64,000 nucleotides of DNA from Thermoanaerobaculia bacterium (GCA_035636095.1 DASPZU010000015.1:15371-79370), one strand, 5' to 3'; positions 40,043 through 51,000 are shown, counted from the first letter of the stretch. Notes: generated from the letters alone by a model not told the origin. Numbers and translations: made by a program.

Positions 40043-41262
40043 CGAAAGGCCTCGAGGAACAGTGCATTTTGACGGATTGCCTGTGCCTGGAGAAGCTGGT
40101 GGCCACCACGATCATACGCTGCGGCGATGGTGGTCATTCCCGCAGGAATGGGAAGGTGAACGCCGGGCGGAAGCGTGTCGACGACCAGATCGCCCTTGAA
40201 CGCCGACAGATTCTCGAGCGGCTCGGCGCCGAATTTCGGACTGCGATTGTAAATCCGCACTTCCTTTCCGCTGCGTCGGAGCGCAACCATTGCGGCCCGC
40301 GCCGTCGCTCCCGCCCCCGCCACAGCCGCGCGCCGCGCGTGCACCCCCCGCAGCAGGATCTCGAAGCCGTCGACGTCAGTGTTGTCGGCGATGATGCCTG
40401 CCCGCGTCCGCACCAAGGTGTTGACGGCCTCCGCTTCTTTTGCGTTAGGCCCGACCTCCGCGCCGACCCGTTTCGCGAACGCCAGCGCCTCCGTCTTGAA
40501 CGGCGCCGTCACGCTGAGACCGGCGATGCGGCCGCCTTCGAACGATTTCGTGATCTCGTTGAAATTTTCGAAGGATGCGATGGTGTAGGCGCCCGCCAGT
40601 CGGTGCTTTCGAAACAGCGGATTGTGAATCGTCGGCGAAAGGCTGTTGCCGGCCGGGTCACCCGCGATCGCAAAGATTTTCTCCGGCTTCGGGAGTCTGC
40701 GATCGCCGTAAATCGCGAGAGCGCGATCGAGCGGCAACTGTCCCGGCGCGGCATCGCCTGCGAAAAACAGCTCCGATCCGAAAAATGGCGCGAGGATCCT
40801 CGAATAGAGCCCGCGCTCCCCCATCCCGATGATCGTCATTCCCGGCTTGATCGCCGCCAGCAGCGCTTCGTTTTCGCGGAGCGTGTGCGGCGTGACGGCG
40901 ATCTTGGTGTAGCAGCAGCGCTCCGCCAGCATCTTGTCGATCAGCGGCTGCACATCGGGCAGGCCGTCGAAATCGTGGAACGACAACACCGTCCGCTCGG
41001 GATGCTTCACTTTGCGGCCGTATTCGACGTCGATGAGTCCGAAGTCGGCGTCGATCGGCTCACCGCCGCGGTTCGTGAAGAGGATCGGCTTGGACGTCAC
41101 GCGCCGGAAGGCCTCGGCGTCGCGGCCGCCGAAGGCATCGAGGCGCACTTCGATCATGTCGTGATCGTCGCGCAGCGCCCGAATGGCGTTGATAGCGGCG
41201 TCCGCTGTCGGTTCGTAGATGGTGACGACGAGCTGCACGGCGGGAGTGTACGCTGTGGTCAT
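40039..41262 (-). CDS. Bifunctional type-I 3-dehydroquinate dehydratase / shikimate dehydrogenase (AroD-AroE fusion)
   Basis: The N-terminal half is type-I DHQase-like. The C-terminal half has the shikimate-DH signatures (GLSVTAPFK, NTD, GAGATARAA). ATG at 41262; the track ORF is over-extended. Confidence 0.8.
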   Translation of the reverse strand: MTTAYTPAVQLVVTIYEPTADAAINAIRALRDDHDMIEVRLDAFGGRDAEAFRRVTSKPILFTNRGGEPIDADFGLIDVEYGRKVKHPERTVLSFHDFDGLPDVQPLIDKMLAERCCYTKIAVTPHTLRENEALLAAIKPGMTIIGMGERGLYSRILAPFFGSELFFAGDAAPGQLPLDRALAIYGDRRLPKPEKIFAIAGDPAGNSLSPTIHNPLFRKHRLAGAYTIASFENFNEITKSFEGGRIAGLSVTAPFKTEALAFAKRVGAEVGPNAKEAEAVNTLVRTRAGIIADNTDVDGFEILLRGVHARRAAVAGAGATARAAMVALRRSGKEVRIYNRSPKFGAEPLENLSAFKGDLVVDTLPPGVHLPIPAGMTTIAAAYDRGGHQLLQAQAIRQNALFLEAFR

Positions 41263-41881
41263 GCGCCCCGAGCGCACCGAAGCGATCATCCTCAACACTT
41301 TTCCGGCGCGCGAGCGCGACAAACTGGTCGTCTTTCTCACTCCCGATCACGGCAAGAAAAAAGGTTGGGCTTACGGCGCGCGGAGCCTCAAAAGCCGCTT
41401 CGGCGCAGCGCTGGAGCCGCTTGCCAAAGTGAAAATCGGATTCATGGAGCGTGAATCGGAAGAAGTCGTCCGGATCGAATCGGTCGATCTGATCCGATCG
41501 CTCTTTCCAGCGCAGCAGAATCTCGTCAGCAACGTCGCGGCCTCGTACATCGCGGAGACGGTCGACACATTCGCCCAACCCGGCGATCCGGCGGACTTGA
41601 TTTATCGCCTTCTCGATCGCACGACCGCCGCCCTGCTGGAGGGGGCGGACCCGATGGCGGTGGTCGCCTACGCGGAGATTTGGATCCTGCGCCTCGCAGG
41701 AATCTTGCCTCCGCTGGACAATGCCATCGAAGCGCTGATTCGCCTGCCCATCGAGGAATTCGTGGAGCGTCAACCGAAAGTCCCGCTCCGCGGGATGCGC
41801 ACCCTGGCCGCCAAAGTCCGCCGCGAATTCCTCGGCCACGAGCTGAAGTCGTACGACATTCTGGCGGGAGTGCTCGGTTAG
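41261..41881 (+). CDS. recO: DNA repair protein RecO
   Basis: MRPERTEAIILNTFPARERDKLVVFLTPDHGKKKGWAYGARS aligns with the E. coli RecO N-terminus. Confidence 0.8.
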   Translation: MRPERTEAIILNTFPARERDKLVVFLTPDHGKKKGWAYGARSLKSRFGAALEPLAKVKIGFMERESEEVVRIESVDLIRSLFPAQQNLVSNVAASYIAETVDTFAQPGDPADLIYRLLDRTTAALLEGADPMAVVAYAEIWILRLAGILPPLDNAIEALIRLPIEEFVERQPKVPLRGMRTLAAKVRREFLGHELKSYDILAGVLG

Positions 41882-42477
41882 ACCAGCACTCCGCCCCGCC
41901 CTTCTGCAATCAGCTCGCGGCCGTGGTAGTGAAATTCGTTGAGCGCATCCAACAGCAGGAGGCGGCGCTCGATGCGCTCTTCGTCCGCGCGGGTGTAGAC
42001 GGTGGCCTCGAGAAAAGCGGTGCCGTCGCTTCGCAGCTCCACCGACGGAAGAAACGACGCCACCAGGGCGCGCACGATCTGCGCCGACTGCGTTCGGCGC
42101 AGCGCGGCATCGTATTCGTCGGATGACGCGATGACGGTCGTCATGCGCCATGACGCCGACCCGATGATCTCCGAGATGACCAGCCAGTATTCGAAGATCG
42201 CGGATGGCGTGCGATCGACCTCGAAATATTTGAAGAGCGGCTCGTCAGGAACGACGAAGGGTACGCTGAGGTCGCCGTCGATCTGGTACTGAACACGTCC
42301 GTCCAGATGAACTCCCTCCGCATATTCGAGGAGCGCCGATGCGAAGATCTCGAGATGCGCCGTGGGCGGAGTCTCGCCTGGAACAAAGGTGTCCCGAAAT
42401 TGCGCGGCGGCAAGCTCGTGTGCGCGTGCGATGCGATCGCGGATGCGGGTTACTTCGACTATCGGAATGGTCGTCAT
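41878..42477 (-). CDS. Hypothetical protein (about 199 aa)
   Basis: ATG at 42477 (MTTIPIVEV...); the track start at 42501 is TTG. No motif. Confidence 0.4.
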   Translation of the reverse strand: MTTIPIVEVTRIRDRIARAHELAAAQFRDTFVPGETPPTAHLEIFASALLEYAEGVHLDGRVQYQIDGDLSVPFVVPDEPLFKYFEVDRTPSAIFEYWLVISEIIGSASWRMTTVIASSDEYDAALRRTQSAQIVRALVASFLPSVELRSDGTAFLEATVYTRADEERIERRLLLLDALNEFHYHGRELIAEGRGGVLV

Positions 42478-42489
42478 CCTGAGCGTAAC

Positions 42490-42535
42490 GAAGGATCTCA
42501 ATATGCGAACAGCGTGGCAACCTGAGATCCTTCGC
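42490..42535 (-). terminator. Stem-loop (11-bp stem) between dsbD and the hypothetical gene
   Basis: GAAGGATCTCA-atatgcgaacagcgtggcaacc-TGAGATCCTTC. It has no clear U-tract. Confidence 0.4.
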
Positions 42536-42559
42536 CGTCTGCGCGGCTCGGGATGACGA

Positions 42560-44263
42560 TTACCGCACTTGCTTGAGGCGCGCCACGAACGCCTGCGGAT
42601 TTTCGAATCCGGTCAGCCGCTGCGCGTTCAGTTCGTGTCCGCCTGAATCGAGGAAGACGATCGTTGGCACACCGACGATCTTGTATTGCTCGGTGAGTTT
42701 TTGCACGGCCGGATCCTCGTTGTTGGTCAGATTGGCTTTCACGCGAACGAATCGGTCGAGCTCCGTGGCCACTGAGCGATCGCTGAATGTTTTTTCGTCC
42801 AGCTCTTTGCAGGGCAGGCACCAGTCAGCATAGAAGTCGACGATGACGGGCTTGCCGGCATTTGTGATGGTCTTCGTGTCATATTTCTGCCATTCGACGC
42901 TCGCGCCCTTCGTACGCGGCACGACAAATGCCGCGCCCAAGATCAGCAACAGACTGGCACAGGCCAGCCGAAGGACGCGACCGCCGCGCTGTCCGACGCC
43001 GCGGCTGAAGAACAAAAACAGCGCGCCGATGAGAAGACTCGCGGCCACGCCCCAGCGAAACGCGCCGTCTCCGATCAGCGGCCGCAGGAAGTAGAACGCC
43101 ATGGCGACGAGAACGAAACCCATCGCTTTCTTGACTTGCACCATCCATTCGCCGGGACGCGGCATGGCGTTGAGCGCGACCAGATATGGCGACCCGAGGC
43201 CAAGGGCGAGAGAGCCGAACATGACGAATCCGAGCAGGGGCTTTCCGATCCCGGCCACCAGCGTGAAAAGCGCGACCACAACCGGACCGACGCACGGCGC
43301 CGCGACGATGCCCACAAACAGCCCCATCACCGCCGCCCCCACCAACCCGGCCCGCCCCCCCGACCGCCGCCCGATGAACTGCGGCACGGTCATCTCCCAC
43401 GCCCCAAACATCGACGACGCCAGCACCAGCATCAAAAGCGCGAATCCAATCAGCACGGCCGGATGTTGCAGCCACGATCCGAACAGCTTTCCGGACAGCG
43501 CTGCCGCCACGCCTAACGCGGAATACATCACCACCAGGCCCGCGACATAAAAAGCGGAGAGCGCCAGGCGTCGCGATCGGCGGCCGTCGCTCTGCATCGC
43601 GAAGAATCCGAGCGTGATCGGAATCATCGGGAAGACGCATGGCGTCAGGTTCAGCGCCAGCCCGCCCACAAAAAGGATCAACAGCGTCAGCGGAAGGCCG
43701 TGCGATAGAAACGCGCTGGTGACCTTGTCTTTGGGGGCGGCGGAGAGGGGCATGAAGCTGGCGGGTGGAGCGCCGGCGGCCTCGCCGGTCCGCGCCGCCG
43801 CGGTCGGCGGCGCTCCACTCAGCGAAATCGCGAGCGTCGCGTTTCGTGGCGGAAGGCAGACATTGTCGTTGCACGCCTGATAGTGCAGCTTTGCGGTGAT
43901 GTTTTGAGCAGTGGTTTTGGCGGTGAAGGGAATCGAAATCGTTCCTTCATAAACCGCCAGCTTTGTTCCGCCGCTGAACGTGAAGCTCTTGATCAGGTGG
44001 GGCGGGAAGTCGGCCTTCAAAAGGTCGGCGCTCTCGAACGACAGCGTGGTCGGGATCGCGAAGGATTCGAGCGGATGCGCCGAGTTGACGTGCCATCCCT
44101 TCTCGATTGCGGCGGTAATCACGCCTCTCACCTGATCGCCGCTCTTCTGGGTGATGGCGGCGGTCAGCGTGACGAGATCCTTTTTTGGAATCGGAGATTC
44201 GAATTGCGCCGGAAGGGCGGCGGCCAGAAAAGAAGCGACGGCTGCGAAGAGTGGAGCGCGCAC
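42560..44263 (-). CDS. dsbD: Thiol:disulfide interchange protein DsbD
   Basis: Signal peptide, N-terminal domain, transmembrane core with CVFPMIP, and a C-terminal thioredoxin domain WCLPCKELDEKTF. GTG start. Confidence 0.85.
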   Translation of the reverse strand: MRAPLFAAVASFLAAALPAQFESPIPKKDLVTLTAAITQKSGDQVRGVITAAIEKGWHVNSAHPLESFAIPTTLSFESADLLKADFPPHLIKSFTFSGGTKLAVYEGTISIPFTAKTTAQNITAKLHYQACNDNVCLPPRNATLAISLSGAPPTAAARTGEAAGAPPASFMPLSAAPKDKVTSAFLSHGLPLTLLILFVGGLALNLTPCVFPMIPITLGFFAMQSDGRRSRRLALSAFYVAGLVVMYSALGVAAALSGKLFGSWLQHPAVLIGFALLMLVLASSMFGAWEMTVPQFIGRRSGGRAGLVGAAVMGLFVGIVAAPCVGPVVVALFTLVAGIGKPLLGFVMFGSLALGLGSPYLVALNAMPRPGEWMVQVKKAMGFVLVAMAFYFLRPLIGDGAFRWGVAASLLIGALFLFFSRGVGQRGGRVLRLACASLLLILGAAFVVPRTKGASVEWQKYDTKTITNAGKPVIVDFYADWCLPCKELDEKTFSDRSVATELDRFVRVKANLTNNEDPAVQKLTEQYKIVGVPTIVFLDSGGHELNAQRLTGFENPQAFVARLKQVR

Positions 44264-44266
44264 CGG

Positions 44267-45127
44267 CTAGGGCTGCTTGACGCGCTGCTCGAGCTGCGGC
44301 AGGACGACGTCGACATTCTGGATGTAAGGCGACTTCGGGAAGTTTGCCTTGAAGGTGCGGAACTCGTTGACGGCGTCCTGGAAATTTCCCTGGATCATGT
44401 AGATGTCGGCCGCCAGGAGGCGGGACCTCTCATACGATTCGCCTTTGCTCTGCACGGTGGCGAATTTTCGGATGGTTTTCAATCCGGCGTCGTATTTCTT
44501 TCCCACCACCTGGGTCATCGCCAGCTCGTAGTAGGCCTCGTCACGCACTTTCTGCGGGACGCCGGATTCCGTCGTGAGCGCTTGCAAGCGCGATTCGGTC
44601 TCCGGCAGCTCGAAATGCGTACGGAACTCTCGCGCCAGGTCGAGCCGCTTGTCGTAATCCTTCGAGATGGAGCCTTCGGACTTCACGCGCTTCAGAAAAT
44701 CTTTGTACTTCGACTCCGTCTCGGTCATGGTGCGAACGTACTCTTTTGCGGGCGCGTAACCGCGAATCATGCCGGCGACCGTACCATTTGGAGTGAGGAG
44801 AATCGTGGTGGGGAGGCTGGCGACGCTGAACCTCTGCGACAACTGCGTCCCCTCGCCGTTATCCTCGGTGTTGAGACGCAGCAACACCTTGTTCTCAGTG
44901 GCCTTCTGGAACGCCTCGCTGGGAAAAACGTCCTGCTCCATCTTGTGACACCAGCCGCACCAGTCGGCGAAGAGCTCGACGAAGATCAGCGCGTTGCGCT
45001 CCTTCGCTTTCCTTTGCGCGGTGGCCAGAGACTTCAGCCACGGGTCGGCGGGGAGTTGTTGCGCCGCCAGCGTGGCGACCACTGCCAGCAGCAGGGTTCG
45101 TTTCAATGCCGCTCCTCCGTGGCGCAT
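44267..45127 (-). CDS. Periplasmic thioredoxin-fold protein with a TPR-like C-terminus
   Basis: Signal peptide. FADWCGWCHKM thioredoxin-like CxxC. It lies directly downstream of dsbD. Confidence 0.75.
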   Translation of the reverse strand: MRHGGAALKRTLLLAVVATLAAQQLPADPWLKSLATAQRKAKERNALIFVELFADWCGWCHKMEQDVFPSEAFQKATENKVLLRLNTEDNGEGTQLSQRFSVASLPTTILLTPNGTVAGMIRGYAPAKEYVRTMTETESKYKDFLKRVKSEGSISKDYDKRLDLAREFRTHFELPETESRLQALTTESGVPQKVRDEAYYELAMTQVVGKKYDAGLKTIRKFATVQSKGESYERSRLLAADIYMIQGNFQDAVNEFRTFKANFPKSPYIQNVDVVLPQLEQRVKQP

Positions 45128-45147
45128 CAACCTACGCTCTCAAAACC

Positions 45148-45915
45148 CTATTCCGCTTCGGCCGCGCCGACCGGTGACAAATCGGCGGAGCGCTTCCGCT
45201 TTTTCTCCGCGTAGCGCCGTGCGGCGTCCACAAATGCGCCAAACAGCGATGCGGCGGACGACTCGCCCGCCATGTCTTCCGGGTGCCACTGCACACCGAC
45301 GTAGAACGGGTGGGCGGGATCTTCCAGGCCCTCGATGATTCCGTCGGGCGCGTGGGCGGTCACGCGAAGGCCGTCGCCGACGTGGCGAATGGCCTGATGG
45401 TGCGACGAGTTCACCTCCAGCTCCTGCTGGCCGAGGATCTGGGCCAGTCGGGTGCCGTCCTGGAGGAGAACATCGTGTCGATGGCGGTCGCTCGGCTCGC
45501 TGGCATGCTCGATGTCGGTCCGCATTTCCGAATCGATGTCTTGAATCAACGTTCCACCGGCTGCGACATTCATCACCTGGACGCCGAGGCAGATGCCCAG
45601 GGTGGGGATGCCGCGGTTCCGGGCGACGCGCGCCAGCGTGATGTCGTTGTTCTGCCGTCGCGGATCCATCGGCTCCACGGTCGGGTGCGGCTGCTCGCCA
45701 TAGACGGCAGGATCGCAGTCGTCGCCTCCGGCCAACAGAATTCCGTCGAGTCCTTCGGCGATGGTCTCAGCATTCTCGGGCTGAGGCGGTATGACTACCG
45801 GGACCGCGCCGGCGCGGCGCAGCGAGTCGATGTAGGTGTTGTACGCGAAGGCGCGGTCGCGCTCGCCTTTCTTCTGAAGAACATCGGAACCAATTCCGAT
45901 GATCGGCTTGATCAT
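45148..45915 (-). CDS. Class-I glutamine amidotransferase-like hydrolase (peptidase C26 / gamma-glutamyl-GABA hydrolase family)
   Basis: GILLAGGDDCDP...GICLGVQ with the catalytic Cys, and HH near the C-terminus. Confidence 0.8.
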   Translation of the reverse strand: MIKPIIGIGSDVLQKKGERDRAFAYNTYIDSLRRAGAVPVVIPPQPENAETIAEGLDGILLAGGDDCDPAVYGEQPHPTVEPMDPRRQNNDITLARVARNRGIPTLGICLGVQVMNVAAGGTLIQDIDSEMRTDIEHASEPSDRHRHDVLLQDGTRLAQILGQQELEVNSSHHQAIRHVGDGLRVTAHAPDGIIEGLEDPAHPFYVGVQWHPEDMAGESSAASLFGAFVDAARRYAEKKRKRSADLSPVGAAEAE

Positions 45916-45945
45916 GCATTTTTCCTGTTGCAAGTATGAGGCAAA

Positions 45946-48048
45946 TCAGCGGACGGTGATCGTTACAGAATCGCGGCGGCCTTCGTCGTCGACGGCGGTG
46001 ATCGTGTGCCTGCCCCCGCGCAGAGACCACGCGTCATCTGTGTGACGGCCATCGACCATCCACGTTACGGGAGCGGTGGCTTTGAGCTGAAGCGCCTGGA
46101 ACTCGGCACGAAGGGTTGGATCGATCCAGTAAGTCGCGCCCTCGGCGGGATTCAAGATGTGAAGGACAGGCGAGCGACGGGCTGAAGCCGGACCCACATC
46201 CCAGGCGCGATATTCAGCAGGCAATTCAACGCGCTGCGAGTGATGCCACGAACAGAATTCGACGCGATTTGAGGCGGGCATCCACTCGCTTTCGACGGCG
46301 GGACACTCCATCGACGGACGATGGCCGGAGAGCGCGCAAATCGGCCGCCGCTCGAGATCGGCAGGACGATCGACGATCGTTCCCCGCCCGCCCCCCACTC
46401 TCTTCACGGCCGCCAGCATCACGTCGTGAAAAATCGGCGCGGCGCCGGTGATGCCGCTCGAGTTGCGCAACTCGCTGCGATCGAAATTCCCCACCCACAC
46501 GCCGACAGTGATTTCGCGCGTGTACCCGACCGTCCAGTTGTCGCGATAGGCCTGCGAAGTTCCGGTCTTCACGGCGACCTGGAATGGGAAATCGAGACTG
46601 CCGCCCGATCCGAAGATGTACTCGCGGGCGTGTTCATCGCTGAGGATGTCGGTGATCCAGAACGCGGTGCGCTGCGACATCACGCCATCACCGCCGCGCG
46701 CGAAGATGGCATACGCCGTCACCAACTGCTCCAGGGTCACCTCGGCATCGCCGAGCGTCAGGCCGACTCCGTAGTAGTCGGCGGTGTGCGTGAGATCACG
46801 GAAGCCGGCGTGGCGAAGGAATCGCAGCAGCGACTCGGGACCGATTTTGGCGAGCGTCGCCACTGCCGGCACGTTTTCCGACCCGGCAAGCGCGACGCGC
46901 GCGCGCAGTGGTCCGCGAAATTTTCCATCGTAGTTGCGGGGCGTGTAGATGACGCCCGGCTCAGCAGTCGCGAAATGCGACGGCACGTCCGCGATGACCG
47001 TGGCGGGAGTCAAGCCTTGCTCGAAAGCGAGCGCGTACGTCAACGGCTTCAGAGTCGATCCAGGCTGGCGCAGCGTCGTCACGCCATCGATCGCGCCGCC
47101 GAAATTTTCACCGAAGTAATCGCCCGAGCCTTCCCACGCCAGCCATTCGCGCGTCCGATTGTCGAGGACCGCGATCGCGACGCTGTGCGCGCCGTGGCGC
47201 AGCAGATCGGAGCGATGCGCCGCGATGATGCCGTGGATTTCGCGCTGGAGATTTGCATCGAGAGAGGTGCGAATGATCGCCGCCGAGGTCGACGGCGCTC
47301 CACTGAGAATCCGCGCGACAAAATGCGGCGCGATCATCGGATGGCGTCCGCGGTCGAACGACAAACGCTCCGCGCGAGCGGTGCGGTAGTCGGGCTCGGA
47401 GATCATCTTCAGCTCACGCAGGCGGCGGAGGATCAAGCGTTGACGCTGTAGCGCGAGCCTGGGCGTTCCGGGTCGTCGCGGCAAAGCCGCCAGATATGCC
47501 GCCTGCGCGATGGTGAGTTGATCAGGCTGGCAGCCGAAGTAGCGATCGCTCGCGCGCGCGATTCCCACGGTCTGCTGGCCATAAGGGGCCAGATTCAGGT
47601 ACAACGCCAGAATCTCGGCCTTGGAGTGACGATGCTCGAGTCTGAGCGCCGTGATCGCCTCGCGAACTTTCGAGCGGACGCTGCGCGGCGCGCCCGGAAC
47701 CATGAGCTTCGCGACTTGCTGCGTGATCGTCGATCCCCCTTCGACGACGCGCACGTGCAGGAGATTGTGGAAGGCCGCTCGCGCGGTGCCGATCGGATCG
47801 ATGCCGATGTGATGGTAAAAGCGGTGATCTTCCGCGGCCATGGCGGCCTTGGCGATGTTGTCGGGAATCGCCGTGATCCAGGTGCTGCGCGTCCCATTTG
47901 CCGACAGCGGCTCGGAAAGAATGATGCCGTTGCGATCGACGATGGTCGGCGTCGTCTCGGGTCTGATCTCTGGAATCGGCCCAATTCGCATCCAAATAGC
48001 GAGACTGATGACCGACAACAGACAACCGACAACCGACAACTTTTTCAA
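45946..48048 (-). CDS. pbpC: Penicillin-binding protein 1C (glycosyltransferase + transpeptidase)
   Basis: GT51 motifs AEDHRFYHHIGID and GGSTITQQVAKL, with a transpeptidase domain. TTG start overlaps the A2M stop (TTGA). The signal peptide is encoded by (CCGACAA)n. Confidence 0.85.
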   Translation of the reverse strand: MKKLSVVGCLLSVISLAIWMRIGPIPEIRPETTPTIVDRNGIILSEPLSANGTRSTWITAIPDNIAKAAMAAEDHRFYHHIGIDPIGTARAAFHNLLHVRVVEGGSTITQQVAKLMVPGAPRSVRSKVREAITALRLEHRHSKAEILALYLNLAPYGQQTVGIARASDRYFGCQPDQLTIAQAAYLAALPRRPGTPRLALQRQRLILRRLRELKMISEPDYRTARAERLSFDRGRHPMIAPHFVARILSGAPSTSAAIIRTSLDANLQREIHGIIAAHRSDLLRHGAHSVAIAVLDNRTREWLAWEGSGDYFGENFGGAIDGVTTLRQPGSTLKPLTYALAFEQGLTPATVIADVPSHFATAEPGVIYTPRNYDGKFRGPLRARVALAGSENVPAVATLAKIGPESLLRFLRHAGFRDLTHTADYYGVGLTLGDAEVTLEQLVTAYAIFARGGDGVMSQRTAFWITDILSDEHAREYIFGSGGSLDFPFQVAVKTGTSQAYRDNWTVGYTREITVGVWVGNFDRSELRNSSGITGAAPIFHDVMLAAVKRVGGGRGTIVDRPADLERRPICALSGHRPSMECPAVESEWMPASNRVEFCSWHHSQRVELPAEYRAWDVGPASARRSPVLHILNPAEGATYWIDPTLRAEFQALQLKATAPVTWMVDGRHTDDAWSLRGGRHTITAVDDEGRRDSVTITVR

Positions 48049-51000
48049 GGCTTGACCTCCACGACGTCGGTGGAGGTGCGGCCGAACACTTCCGGCTCAT
48101 ACATCTCCTCGACGCGCGCAGGGGCGGCGATGAATGTGCCGGCGGTCGTGGCGCGGACGAGGTACGTGAATTCGTGGACGCCTTCATCGAGCCGCGTCGC
48201 AAAAAGATTGACGCGATCGTCGTGGCGCTCGATGTGATCGAACCCGCCGTGGCGCCACCACGACGTCCAGTCGTAGTTCTCGGGATTGTCGGTTCGAAGC
48301 TGCTCGGACATTTCCGAGGCCGTGGTCGCGAACCAGGTGTCGACCGGCTCGGTGCCGGCCGGAATCGGATCGGTGACCGCCACGTAGCGGCGCTCCTTGG
48401 TGTTGCGCAAGCGGAGCGTGACCTTGATCAGATCGCCGGCTTTGAAATCCTTCTGCGAGTAATGCCGCTCGATCGAGAATCCGCGGTCGGCAGAATCGTG
48501 GAAGATGCCTGTCAGGCCATACTTCAGCGTCACGAGGTAGAACAGCGTGCCGGTGCCCTCGCGGTTGAAGATCACCGCCGAGGTCGGCGGTGCTCCACTG
48601 AGCTTCATCATCGGCACGTCGTGCGTCTTGGCCTCGGTCGTCCTTCCGCGGAATTCGTCGCGCGCGATGACGGAGTCGGCAACCGTCGCGGTGGCGGTGA
48701 AATTCGGCGGTTCCTTCTCGTAGCGCTTGTAGTAATCGATGAGCGATTCCATCGCCCAGGCGTTCTCCTGCGTGTTGCCCCAGCGCCCTTTCACGCGCAC
48801 CTTCATCAGCCAGCGCACGATCTGCTTTGTCATCTGCTCATCGGCGGTATTGCGGACCAGCGCGTCGAGAACGATGGCGCTGCTTCGCACGTTGGAATTC
48901 CAGAACCACAGCAGGTACGGATCGGCCAGCTCCTCGACATGCGCCGTTCCACCTTCGGGAAGAATCGCGTTGTTGATGCGGCGCAGGAGCTCGGTGCGAT
49001 GCTGCGGGTCGGCATCGGCGAGAAATGCGATGCCGAAGACCGGCATACGATCGACATACGAATACAGCCGGTTGATATGGCTGTCCTCGTTGCGTCCGCC
49101 CTCGACCAGCACTTTGACCGCGAAGGCTTGCCAGGCAGTGTAGGCCGGCCACCAGCCTTCGTTCTCCGGCCGCTGCTCCTTGAGACTGCCGTCGAGATAG
49201 TCGTACGCGCGTTTGAGAACATCGGCGCTGACGTCGTAGTTCAACTTCTGTCCGCGCTGCAGCACGTGAACGACGTTGGCGGTCAGATATGGCGACGTGA
49301 ACCGGCAATCGCCCGGCCAGTAGGCGAATCCGCCGTTGGGACACTGGAACTTGTATAGCTCGATGATCGTCTGCTGCGCGATGGTACGACCCTTCTTGGC
49401 GTCGATGCCCGGCAGCGCGAAGGCGTCGCCGAGGTCGGCGGTGAGCATGAGGGCCATGGCGCCGGACGCGCGTTGCTCGGCGCATCCGTACGGATATTCG
49501 ACCAGATACTCCGCCCCCTCGGCCAGACCGACCATGGCGGTCGATGACAGCTCCAGGTGCAGGCCGCCAATCGACGGCACGACGTCGTGCGGAACTTCGA
49601 GAGTTTCCCTGGCAGTCGGTTTCGCTTCGCCGTAGGCCGCGACAGTTTCGGTGGGACTGAGCAGGCGAACCGGTAGCACATCTTCGAACGCGTCGCTCTC
49701 GCCGTTCAGATTGACGGTCATTTGAAGGCGCGCGACGCCGACCGATTTCGCAGCAGCGTTGAATCGAACTTCCGCCGTCCCCTGCGGCCCGACATCGATC
49801 GCTGAAGTTGGATCGCCGGTGATCTCGACGATCGCCGGATCGAGCGATTTGATCGTGACCGTCGCTCTACCGCCTTGTTTCAACTGCGAGTGGACCACCG
49901 ATCCGAAATAGGCCTTGTCGCCGAGGGCCAGGAATCGCGGGAAGGCCTGGGTGAGCAGCACGGGCTTGTTGATGCGGATCTCGTTTTGTCCCCAGCCGAA
50001 TCGCGAGACCTTGTCACCCGCGACGGCCATGATGCGATAGGTCGTCAGCGATTCAGGCAATGTCACGTCAGCGTGCGCGCGGCCGCGCGCGTCGGTCGCG
50101 ATCGAGCCAAGCCAAAACGCCAGGACGCGGAAGTCGCGCCGCATCATCCCCGGCCCCGACTCCGCCCCGCCGCCCCCACCCTGCGTCGCTCCCTTGGGCG
50201 TCAACACACGCCGGCTGACGATTTTCTGCCGCGAATCGTCGTTGACGACCTGCAGCGCCTTGCTGATGTAGATCGATTCGAGCACGTCCGGCGTTCGGTA
50301 GCCGGTCAGCGAGAGCACGCCGTAGTCGACTGCCCATAGCGTGACTTCAGAACGAACTGCTTTCCCATCCACGTCATGAACGTTGACGTCGACGCTGGCC
50401 CTGGCGGCCGGACGAAACTCGCTGCTGTTCGCTTTGACGTCGACCTTGAGGCGCTTGGTTGCATCCTCGACTTGCAGCTCGACGTAGCCGAGTCGAAACG
50501 TCGGCTTGCCGGGGTCGCTTTCGTCTTCGACGCCCTCCTTCGTCCGGCCTTTGACGAGCAACACCGAGACGAAAACATTGGGGATCTCGTGCTCGGTGAT
50601 CGGCACCGTGACGGTTTGCTGCGTCGAGGTCAGCTCGAATGGCGTCCAGGTGCGCACGCCTTCTCGCTCGGTGGTCAGCAGCGCTGTGGCGCGCTCCCAC
50701 GGCGACTTGATCATGATGCGGGCCGTTTCGCCGGGGCGATACGTTTTCCGTTCCGGCACGAGGTCGATGCGGTTGCTGTCGTATCGCGCCCATGCCGTGT
50801 AGCCGGGACCGAGGGCGTAGAACCAACTGCGCGTGGTCGTCGATCGGCCTTGCGCATCGGATGCACGCGCAATGAGGACGTATTCGCCGCCGTCGTTCAA
50901 GGGCACATGCAGCGGCACCGGTTGCCCCTCCGAAGTGATCGTCCACGTGCCGGCCGGGATTTCCTTACGCTTCGTTTCCCAGGTGTAAAAACCGTTTCCG

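Noticed and set aside
45148-45915. TrpG (anthranilate synthase component II) as a partner of trpE
   Set aside because: The only amidotransferase in the window is a C26/PuuD-type hydrolase (GICLGVQ, not the GVCLGHQ TrpG signature). It is 5 kb away, on the other side of dsbD.
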